This document shows positions 53,100-64,000 of a stretch of DNA of 64,000 bases, piece after piece. This DNA comes from Epiperipatus broadwayi (Eukaryota > Animalia > Onychophora): positions 8,990,001-9,054,000 of the forward strand of contig JAQFVV010000009.1 in the NCBI GenBank assembly GCA_028023455.1. The letters are read 5' to 3'. The position numbers were made by a program, and so were the translations under genes. The notes below the pieces were generated by a model. The model did no database searches. It was given only the letters and a program-made list of their open reading frames with translations, and was not told where the DNA came from. Position 1 is the stretch's first letter, and every line of letters begins with the position of its first letter.

Positions 53100-54800
53100 C
53101 TTGTTAAAATATGGCGTATGATTTCATTTTGAGATAAGCCCACCAACATTTTCTAAAGTAATGTATGTTTTAATTAGTGAGCCCATTCAAGTCAAATTAA
53201 AGATGGCCTTCTCTTTCTTTCTTTTTTAATTAATAAAATTCAAACTTTAAAGAAAGAAATTTAGAATAAAAAAGTAAAAGTTATTTTTAGAAAATGTTGC
53301 CTTGAAACAAAGGAGCGTGTGGGTGGGCTTATCAAGATGTAAGATCATACAAACAATAGAAGGTAGCTTACAAAAAGTTATAAATAGGAGAGTGAACAAA
53401 AGACTTGCCATTCAGAGTTTTCTTGCTGGCATTCAGATTTTCCCTTTGGAAATAGCATTCAGATTTCTCTTGGGAAAACTCTTGGCAGATTTTGCTTTTG
53501 GGGATTGTATTCCAAAAAGTTATACAACTGTAATCTTCAAAATCATGGAGAAGTTCGAACATGCTCAAGCTAAAAGTCATATGAATTTGATGGATTCTAC
53601 TATGCTTGGCTAGGCAAATAAATAGCTTTGCCTATCGCCGAGGTACCTAAATACCATCAAAATGCCTTAGTATCCACTCAATAGTCATCTGAACTCTGTG
53701 CTGTGTCTGTAGGACTTTTCATAAAAGCATGTTACTTATTTCCACTTTCCTTGTCCGGGCAAATACCTATCGATGGTCGGATCAAGCCACGAACACCGTA
53801 GGAAACATGACCAAGGAACCAGGACGGTAATCATATCTCTCCTCCATTGAACTATTTACTTTCTACCCTTTTGTTCATACCTTTCTTAATTGAATTATAT
53901 TACAAATTATTTTATTTAATGATATTTGTAATGTAACCATTTTATTAGACTAGTCTTAAATATATATATGTGATCATCTATCTATATTTAACCTTTTCCC
54001 TTCGCTATTCTCCATTACTAACATGTATAAATATTTTGTATTCCATTGCAGTTAAGTTTAAAAGTTAATTTTTTTCATTTAAAATCTCTTTCCAATTTTA
54101 TTTATGTTTCTAAATTCCATACGAGTAAGTTTCCTTTGTTTGCCAACTTGATCTCCTCAATAACGCCTCTTTTGTCCGCTAGTAGCTTATTACATATATA
54201 TGATTTAGCTATATGTTTTAAATAATTTTTAACCTGTCTGTTTTTAGCGCAAAGCAATTAGAAAATGCTTTGCGAAAGATTTTTACTATTGTACTTTATC
54301 GAGGAGATTCAAGTTGCCAATTTTATTAAAATTGGGAAGAAAAGACTTAGACCGCAAAAATATTATATTGTTTAATCTGTTTTTAGTGTCTAATTAGTTT
54401 TTCATTAATTTAGGGGAATAGCGGAGGCCATTAAAAACATTCTTAATATTTTAGTCATTAATTAAACATATTATTTAACTATCAAAATCTTGAGTTTCCT
54501 AATTTTATTATAATGCTTTCTTTTACTTTTCCAATGATCCAGGCACGCAAAACACATTTCTTAGTACTTTTATTGCACATTTAACTATTTAGCTCCGTAG
54601 GTGTTCCCGTCCATGTCTCTACCTCTGTTGCTAAGCTTTGTGGTCGGTGAGAAAATAATTTATGTGTGTCTCAGATAATGTTGTTTGTCCGTAATTAGCC
54701 TCGAGAATAGGCAAATAGGGCAGAGGTCATAGTATTCTTGATTTAATATCTCGTATGGATGGCCTCGAGGTACTTTCGCCTAGTATTCGAAATGGGTTAA
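53100..54800. promoter_or_regulatory. CpG-retaining island, probable promoter or 5' exon region
   Basis: About 27 CGs counted in 53620-54800. Plus-strand donor-like sites at 53827 (gtaatc), 54125 (gtaagt) and 54647 (gtgag). Confidence 0.55.
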
Positions 54801-57800
54801 ACCAACATACATCATCTGACTGTCACAATATCTATTTATGAGCTTCACCAGAAAATATGATGATTTGGAAAAACTTATAAGTAACTGGAAGAGGAATCAC
54901 AAGTAGCAGATATTTTATATCATGCAGATGTTATTATGAAATTATATCCTGCCAGTTTATTAACTTTTTTGAATTTGTAACAAATAACTTAAATCTCTGT
55001 GTGATATTTCATTAATAATTGCATGTTATAAGTTTGAGAATATCTAGAAAAATATATCACTGATTATACTTTAATCCTTGGAAAAACTTAATGTTAAATA
55101 TTAAAGATCATTCTATAAAATGGCAACTATTTAAATAAAAGTTGAACAGGGATCTAAGTTGAGTATTTTGTTGGTTAGCAAAAAACTTGAGATGAATTCC
55201 AACCCCAAAAAAATAAACTGATGGTGAAAGTTTGTAATATCATTTATAGTTATTGTAATGAACAAAACTAATTTATTTATTGTATGGTCAGTTGTCCATC
55301 AAATTTAGTTTGTCTCTTCATTTGAGTAGCTATTTTTCCCATTTTCCTCAATCAATTTATTTAACAATCTTTTACTGATTACCAACCATCTTCTATCATA
55401 AAGTCAACTGGCAGCGAATAAAAATTTACCTTGATACAATTGTCAGTGTTTTTCCTACTGCAGAATCACAGTGATTATCAGAATACTTGTTTTGTTGTAT
55501 AATCAATTTCCCAATCATTGCATCCATAAAATATTAAAATTGATAAAAATCCTTTAAAAAATTATGGTTTAACTCATAAAATCTTTATTTAGTTATTAAT
55601 ATACAACTAGATGATGCATTTCATTGAAAAATGTTTACACTTTGATAATAAATAATCTTCATTGACAGTTATAAAATAATTATAGATAAAAAAGTTTGTG
55701 GATATTTTTTTTCAGTCTCTATTACTGTCAGTTTAGTAAAAATTTGATTCCAATTATATTTCAAATTAATCTATTAAAAAACAAATTCAATTTTTGATAC
55801 ATTATTTATTAATACTGTAAAAAAAAAAAAAAAAATCTGACTTGGAAAAAGTAGTTGCAAATTTTATTAATTTATATTTTAATTAGATATTCAATTTTTT
55901 AATCCATAATGAAACTTTAGCTCACAGAGCAATGGTTTTATAATTTCTTTTTCAAAAGACTGCAAAAGTAATAACATGATTTAGCTGATTAAAGCATAAT
56001 TTCTTTTTCATAGACATTTTTCTAATAAAGAATTGGTAAGATGAATAAACATGAAAGTTATATAATTTGCTATTATGCTCTGAAGTTAGCTTAGAAATGT
56101 GTATACTTTTGAAGGCAATATTCTGTAAAATTTGTAACTACTGTAAATTATCTATCACCCAAAAACAACTCTCATTGGCTGCATGAAAACTTATGTAAGT
56201 TATGTTTAATTGATATAATTCCATCTTGGATGTGAATCAAAAGCTTACCAAGAGATTTTTTAAGAGATTACAGGTCTGCTTTCCAGTTTATTTGTTACCC
56301 ACATACTATACAATAGCAATGAATATCTAGCCGGCACAGTTTACCAATATTATTTTTTATATTGCAAACCTACCAAACCATTCATGCATTTTGGATAATA
56401 GGAATCAATTTCCGTGACTAAAACAATCATTTTTTTAAAAAAACAATAATTTATCAGAGATAAAAACAAATAATTCAAACTACTATCATTTTCATATGAT
56501 CAACTTATTTTCTGATAAGAAAGGATTTCATAAAGCCATGATGAAGACCTCCTTCCATATCTTGTATTCAATTTTTTTTTCACATTCCAATCAATATAAA
56601 CTATTCATCCAATACTGATTGGTCAAAAGATATCTAGGTAATATTAACTACAAAAAAAAAAAAAAATATGAAAAACTTCTCAAACTCATCCAGAAATGGG
56701 CAAATCTGGTAATATCTTTTCATTCAACAAGAAGCCTTTGCCTTAAAATAAGTTATTCAAAGAATGTTAACTTTTATTAATATTCAGATTTAAAAAAATA
56801 TAACAAACTGGCAAAACATAAGGTTTTTAAAATGTTTTTTAAATAATAATAAAAACTAGTCAAATTAACAAAGTCAATTTATTAGTAAATTTTAATGTAT
56901 TACATTTTATACAATATTTTACATCAAAAGTATTTACAAGTATAAAAAAAAAAAATCAACAGCTTTGACCAAATATATCTGCCTGATGAAATAATTATTA
57001 GTTTTATAACTTACTGATTATATTCAATGGGAAAAGCTGAAATAAAAATATCTTAACAGCACATAAATAGTTTGAACAAAACAATTCAAACTATTTTAAG
57101 AAATGACTGAAATAAGATTATACTTCTGAAAGTATCAACTTTAAATATCATTCAGAATCTTCCTTTTGTACATTTCCATAAAATTACATCTTATATATTT
57201 ATTTAAAAATACACCTATTTATTTCAAACTCCATCTAAAATATGCATTCTATTTATATATGTAAAATAATACTTATACATAGTTTAAATATAAAATTTTA
57301 ATAATATAATTGCCCGGGTATACTTTCGACATTTCCATGTCATATTCATGGTCAGTACTTGATACAATTATATTATTAAAATTTTATATTTAAACTCTAT
57401 ATAAGTATTATTTTACATTAATATCTAGAATGGCAGATTATGGAAACGTAATTACATATGTATTTATATGTTTTAGCTCATGAGATTAGTATAACTCATA
57501 TGTAAATCCATGTGAAAGTAGCAGCCTTATGAAAAAACAATGAAAGAACAACATGCAAATTATGTATTCTGTTATTAATTTGTAATTTTTGTAAAATAAA
57601 TATTACTTTAAATACATTTATTTCACTGAATCACTCTACGAACAACTTCTCTAGCTATACTTTTTTCTTATGCATTAAACAGCTGCAACTTTTCTTATTT
57701 CATTCTTCATAACCAATGCAGACATAATAAAAAACACCCATCATATGAGAGTAATTTCTAGTTCACCTCTCCCCTCTTCTAGTAGGAAAAATTACACTCA

Positions 57801-58557
57801 TTCTAAATCCAAACCACTGTGCTTATATAGTTATATATTTGTGATCTTAATTCAGTAGTTATATATTTTAATGATATCATAAGATAAATACAAATATTTT
57901 TGATAAAAGAATTATATATAACACAAACATCAATCATACTATTATTTTAAAATTAACATTGAAAATATAAGCATTTATATTCAAGAGTCTATTTAATCAT
58001 GGCGGTTTGCAGTTATACAGAAACTATTATTGTGAAACTGACTAATTATAAATTTTAGTCTATTTCCTAATAGAAAAAATAATTTGGTCTGTATAATAAT
58101 GTTTGAAATTAAAAAAAAAATTGTATAGTCTCATCAATTCTAATTTGGATTATCCAAATTAATTGTTGATATAATTCAGACATCAATATATGCATGAATT
58201 AAAAAATTACTCAAATCAATTAATGTTGTTCTGAGTTTCTATTTAATTACAGCTGCTTAATCTAACTAGAAACTTAAATTTATAATCATGTCTATAATTT
58301 TAAACGATAGTTAAGTATATTTAATTATGATCACTATAAGCGTATTTTCTGATGCAGATATGTATGTTATCACACATTTACAAATTATTATAAATAGTAT
58401 TTAAAAACACTACAAACAAAAATTCTGCTATTCCCTCTTTTTTTGTTGTTATTTTTATTTCTAAACTTTTAATATTAACTAATTTATATTTAAGCAAATA
58501 TTTCTAACTAATAAAACTGATTTGCTCAGTATATAGAGTTTATCTACAATTAAATAA

Positions 58558-59209
58558 ACCAATAAGCTAATACACATGCGCTTTGTAGATGTAACTATAT
58601 AAATGAATATTCCCACTTTTTCAGTCTTTGGGAAAAGATAGAATGAATCCATCTATCTTTTCGACCCAAACGTTTATGTATGGGCAAATCTTAAGTGTTT
58701 GAAAATGAGAGCGTGAAGATGTTAACTGATCACTTTAAATTACTTTTTTACTACGTGAATGAAAGATGCTTGCGAAATTTTTAGAATTTACGATACATCA
58801 TTCTTATTAAATTAAACATATGTAAACAAGACATTTATTTTATATAGCATGATGTTTTATAAACTGTAATATTAATAAGCCAATAAGCTAATGCACATGC
58901 GCTTTGTAGATGAACTATATAAATGAATACTTCCACTTTTTCAAACACAAGATAAAGTCTTTGGGAAAAATAATTTAAAGTGATCAATTAACATCTTTAT
59001 GCTCTCATTTTCAAACACTTAAGATTTGCCCATACAGACATTTGGGTCAAAAAGATAGATGGATTCATTCTATCTTTTCCCAAAGACTTTATCTTGTGTT
59101 TGAAAAAGTGGGAGTATTCATTTATATAGGTTCATCTACAAAGTGCATGTGCATTAGCTTATTAATATTACAGTTTATAAAACATCGCGCTATATAAAAT
59201 AAATGTCTT
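58558..59209. repeat. Fold-back repeat, locus 2 (tandem, then inverted copies of a ~320-bp unit)
   Basis: Direct copies start at 58558 and ~58879. Inverted copy at ~58972-59160 followed by an inverted spacer part to 59209. Homologous to 48537-49130. Confidence 0.88.
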
Positions 59210-59462
59210 AATTAAATAAAGTATATTTTAACAAATTGATACATCAAAATACATATGTTGTGCACCTTAATATCATTAAAGGATTTCATTATTAGACATA
59301 GATCTAAATACTTTATTTAAATTTACAATTGTAGCTCTTAAATATTTTCAAAATATGTCAAAAAAATGGAGTAAACAAAAACAAAATACGTTGTTGTTTG
59401 ATGTCATTGCCTTTTCTGGATAACAATATCAAAGCCGGACTTGCATTTGGTAAGGAATCTAA

Positions 59463-59542
59463 AAATACACATCCATATATAAATGAATATAGAACTTTAA
59501 TTAAATACACATCCATACATAAATAAATATAGAATTTTAATT
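59463..59542. repeat. 40-bp tandem duplication
   Basis: aaatacacatccata(t/c)ataaat(g/a)aatatagaa(c/t)tttaatt x2. Confidence 0.9.
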
Positions 59543-61209
59543 AAACACCCATTTCTAATTTACTTTTTTATTTTAAAATATATATTCATCATATACCTGA
59601 AATTTGATGTGTTTAGAAACTTAAATATGTGTTAAGTTAGAAATGATTTCTACTTCCAAAATAAAAAGACAAGGGGAATGCATAATATTTTGTGCATTTA
59701 CATGAGACTGTTCTAGTAAATAACAAAATTATATTAATGTAGTTCAAATATGGCTGAACTATTAAGCTTAATAATGTAAAACTGCAGGTACTCAACCTTA
59801 TAAATTGTCGAGTTAAAATAAAAGGCAATTAAAATGACTAAATTTTCTTTTTCTAAAAAAAAAATTTTCAGTACTCAAAGTACTTCAGAATGAATATTAC
59901 TACTTTAAAGTATTGGTTTTGAACATTTCTGAATCATGCTCAAGACTACATCTATTATTTTTGCTATAACCCAAAGATCAAAGTCAGATTCCCTTTCCCC
60001 ACTTCAAAGTTATTGTTTATGTTAAGTTAAAAAAACCCCAAACAAACACTGCCTTGGGGATTACATTAACTGGAATTGATTTTTCTATTGATTTCTATTA
60101 TTTTATTTTATTCACACAAATATTTTACATGAGGAATGAATATTTTCTTTGCACAAAAACATATAAAATATCTTTTATTAATAAATAATAAATAAAATTA
60201 AATTACGATTTTTGAAAATATCTTAAAACAGCCTCTTATTCCATAAAAATAGTTTCAATATACAAACATGTTTTCCTATACTTTATTTCTATAGAATAAA
60301 AATCTTGATCTATGATTTTTAGATAGCAAATATTTCAACTTTTATTTCATACGTAAAGATATAAAACTCAAATAATGAAATTAAGTGAATTATGTAAAAT
60401 TAAGTTACAGTCCAACCACAATAAATGTTGTTAAAATATTGGGATTAATACAAGCTAACTTCATTTAAGAGAAAGCCATTTTATATCATATCATAATGCT
60501 GCTATAAATCAGTATCATTCATAATAATAAAGTATTATGCTAAAAGTTTCCATAGACCAAATGCAATTTATTTTACAAGGAAGAAAATTTTGCAACATAC
60601 TTTAACTACGATTTCATAAGCGAAATTTAATACTTTTTAAATTCAAGCAAAAAGAAATGTCTAAAAACCAAATATTTCAAATTCTTTGTGCTTTGCAAAT
60701 TTGTTAAAAAGCTGCATGATTCCATTGATTCTATTACACACAAAGTTCAATTTAATTCTATAACACTGTATCTACTGCACACTTTTGTGGTAAATATCAA
60801 TCAAGTGTGATTTCTATCTAAACAAATTTATTAATATTAAAATATTGCATTCAGTTTTACAAATGATTTAACATATTTAAAAATGTAATATTCACTTTTA
60901 AAAAACCAAAATGCACATCTTTCAAATTTTTTGATTCTAATTCATTTTGATGTGATCCTGATGAATCAGAACATATTACACCTCTACTCAACATGTTTAT
61001 ATCAAAATTTCAAAATTTCAGAGTTATAATCTTTATTGGGATGAAGGTCTAATGAGTATTAGTCAATGATTACATGCATCATTATTTAAAATTCCACCAG
61101 TAGTTTTAAATAATCAACTTTATCTCAAAAAGGCTAAAAATATTTCCTTTGATCATTCATTACAAGATTACCAAACATATTCAGAAGAACATTAATAAGT
61201 CAATAAAAA

Positions 61210-61538
61210 TCAATTCTTATCAGCGATCATCTGACTGTCTGTAGATGCACTAGTAATAGGTACATTTGTGGAATTGTTTTCTTTTACATTTTCTTCTGTT
61301 TTGACAATTGGATCATCATTGTCATCATTACTGCTGCCCTGGGGATAAAGACCTGGGTAGCGTGACATGCATTCCTGCATGTTACGAAACTGATCAAAAC
61401 AATTACTACCTTTAGGGTCGGCTGTACTATAATGAAAACAAGTAAATGCTTCTCTAAACTGTACTCCACAGGGTCCTGTAGCCATACCACCAAGACAAGG
61501 GCAGTTCCAATTTATTTCACCACTTGCAAGTATTAAAC
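61210..61538 (-). CDS. CHCHD4: Mitochondrial intermembrane space import and assembly protein 40, last coding exon
   Basis: [66 protein letters not shown]: CPC redox motif and twin CX9C. Acceptor ttttcatag|GT gives phase 1 at the Gly, as expected for this family. Upstream exons were not found in the window. Confidence 0.96.
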
Positions 61539-62700
61539 CTATGAAAATAAGCAAAAATTATTACATAAACATAAAATCTGAAAACATTTATACATCAAAT
61601 GCTGTCATTTCCATGCAAAAAAAAATATAAAATTTATTTGTCTATTATTTTTCCTTCTTAGATTTTTTTCAATGGTAGCCTTTTTATTTTTATCATTTGA
61701 TTTAGCATTGTTAACCTATCAAATTTTAACAAATATTAAGTGCTAATTATTGTCATATTAAATTATTTATATTTATTAATAAATTCTTCTTCATAATTTG
61801 CTTAAAAAATGTTAATAAAAAAAGTTCATCAATGGATATAAAATTATTAGAAACTGGAGATCTTCATTGAATTCTTACCTGCTTATGTAATTCATTAGAA
61901 AAGATAGCAATATAAATATACCTTTTGCAATAAAAGTGCATTAGCCAAAAGTGAATTGGGCACTCATTTGTGCTCCCATATAGGCTCTATTGACTAAAAA
62001 AAGATAGTAACTACTGGAAGAAAGTTGAATTGACATTTACAATATTACTTTTTGAATTTATAGAATCACAACTAGTAAATAAAGGGTGGCAACTCACGAA
62101 AAGCAGTATCTAATAAAAAGTACTTCTTTCTAACTTTTGGAATATTTCTGGCACTGTTTTGCAAATAGTCTTCTTGTCACTTCTCGGTATTTTTTTAATT
62201 TACCATATTTAGTGATTTAAATTAATATAGTCTGGCTGTTATGAGTCTCTCATGCCAGTTAGTCATTTCCTTACACTAAGTATAACAATGGGATTGTATA
62301 CTTGCAACCAAAATTTCAATTCTCTAATTAAATGTATAGCAATTTTCAATCAAAGCTTTTCCTTTTCTCAGCACCGAGGAAGCAATAATGAGGTTAGGTT
62401 TAAAAAACTGGAACTTGCATAAGATGGTACAATCAACAAAGTCACTTTGGCATCGAATTTGAAAGAAGAGTAAATAATTGTATATTTTAGTATTGTTTAG
62501 AAATTTCAGCTCTTTGCCTACAATGAAACTGGAAAACTTTTACAAAGAACAATTTTAAAATGGCCTGCCTAAAAAAATCTGGTTAGGTCACTGATATTGG
62601 TGAATTAAAATAATGAAAACTATAAAATCAATAATGGTAATGGTGAGAAGATAATAATACCTTGCAAACATTGATATGAATTTTTCAAGATTTAAAACAA

Positions 62701-62785
62701 AAAACAGTACTTATAGCTAAAAAATTACCAAGATTTAAGACTAATTATAGCTATACTTAGTGAAACTTGCCTTCCAAGAGAAGAA
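62701..62785 (+). mobile_element. RTE-clade LINE apurinic endonuclease N-terminal relic
   Basis: KTVLIAKKLPRFKT/IIAILSETCLPREE (one frameshift), cf. RTE RTALIAKELARYNIDIAALSETRL. Confidence 0.55.
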
Positions 62786-64000
62786 ATAAGATTTGCTATC
62801 TTAGTATAAACCGAGCACTGATTATATATATATGTGTGTGGGAGATGATGATCCAGACCAACTGATGAACGCTGGTTCAACATGAAATATATATAAATTG
62901 GAGATAATTTATCTTTTTCACATATATGTGGTCATGTGTATTTACTATATTGGATAAAGTGGATGACTGAAGGGAGTTTGAAAGTCTGGGTTCGAATTTC
63001 CTTTAATTATTTGAATGGGTAAATAATTACTAATATTATTTTTTTGAAAGAACATATCATAAGTGAAAAACGACAGAGTTGGATTGCTATGAACTCTAAT
63101 TTAGTATTTTTAATTCTTGAAATTCATAGATGTATCAATAAAAAACAAATAATATTAAAAGTTAGTTTGAACAATAATAGGTGTAACTATTTTATTAATG
63201 CTTATGTTCAACATTAAATTCAGAGAGTTCACTGAAAGATTTTATTTCTCACGGAACTACATCCTTACATCAATTATTAAAAAAACATACTTTTTTTTTT
63301 CTTGGAGATCAAATGTAGTCCAAAGTTATTGGGAATAATGGTATTAAGCCTATGAACTCAAATGCTTTATTTATATTATATTTTTGCACTACATATATTA
63401 TACACCATTAAAATTATTTTGTTTAGATAAAAAAAATTACTATAAGAGGAAAATATTCATGCTCAAAAAAATGGCACCATTTAAATTACACAAGTACTTC
63501 CTGATGAAAATTTTTGAATATATCATAAGATCAGTAAGTTCCAAGAATAAAATGATACTGGATTTACTAGTAGTGCTAAATTTCAATTACTATTAAACAC
63601 TAAAATTGTCATGTTTCTGAGGGTATGCAGTTCTCTTAAGAAGTGTGATGTGGTACAAATAACTATTTCTGGGTTCACTAAAAAAAAAAAAAGAATCCTG
63701 AATGGTTGTTTGACAATGATTCTATTAAAGTACTAATGACTTAACTAAAAAAAAATCTTATATTTTCATTTTGGCATATTAACAAAAATTTGAATATGAA
63801 TGTGATAATATATTGGACTATTTCCTTCATCTATCAGTAAATGTTGAATGTATAGAAAATTTTAAACTTTATTAAAACTTTTCAAATACAGACATAACAC
63901 ACAAATAAACAACATAGGTTAGTAATTACAGGTTGTTATTACTAACTAGTTGTTTGTATTTGAAAAGTTTAAATAGTTTAACATTTTCTATACATTCAAC

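Noticed and set aside
53302-53613. Overlapping ORFs of 103 aa (+) and 70 aa (-)
   Set aside because: No domain similarity; the openness is explained by the locally higher GC and short repeats in the island.
58972-59106. Hammerhead-like reading CTTAAGA-ttt-gccca/tgggt-c(G/A)AAA-stem-TT in the fold-back family
   Set aside because: The essential G5 is T in every copy, stem I cannot form, and a competing rod-like fold explains the complementarity.
61870-61900. Strong minus-strand donor CAG|gtaaga with ATG upstream, as a possible CHCHD4 first exon
   Set aside because: Splicing to 61538 is out of frame and hits a stop. The expected KD.IIF..KEDH exon is not present, so upstream exons probably lie beyond the window.
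62855-62905. ccaa-CTGATGA-acgctggttcaacat-GAAA-tatata-aattgg
   Set aside because: Stem II is weak and stem I is out of register; may be a relic but cannot be supported.

Overview
AT-rich (roughly 70-75% AT by eye), strongly CpG-depleted animal genomic DNA, probably from an invertebrate with long introns. Nothing prokaryotic is present (no CRISPR array, operon or rRNA). The only gene I recognise with confidence is the last coding exon of CHCHD4/MIA40 (minus strand, 61210-61538). An unidentified spliced plus-strand gene is suggested by scattered exons (about 9.4-11.2 kb, 27.6 kb, 41.8 kb). Three islands that retain CpG (about 15.4-18.3, 24.4-26.5 and 53.1-54.8 kb) look regulatory; one has a minus-strand CCAAT+TATA promoter. 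The rest is intronic or intergenic DNA full of decayed elements: a Gypsy pol relic, RTE LINE pieces, a pogo transposase piece, fold-back repeats, and at least four Penelope-like element (PLE) fragments with several hammerhead ribozyme (HHR) motifs. The most interesting signals are: (i) two related PLE terminal repeats with an atypical hammerhead core (A3:U8 swap, AUGANUA, plus an extra U); (ii) a PLE whose inverted terminal duplication begins at that predicted cleavage site; (iii) a CpG-intact tRNA-like Pol III unit with a Gly-type acceptor stem, a Leu-type body and an aberrant anticodon arm; (iv) a permuted ~320-bp fold-back repeat with a covarying hairpin. All protein and RNA assignments are by eye, not from searches.
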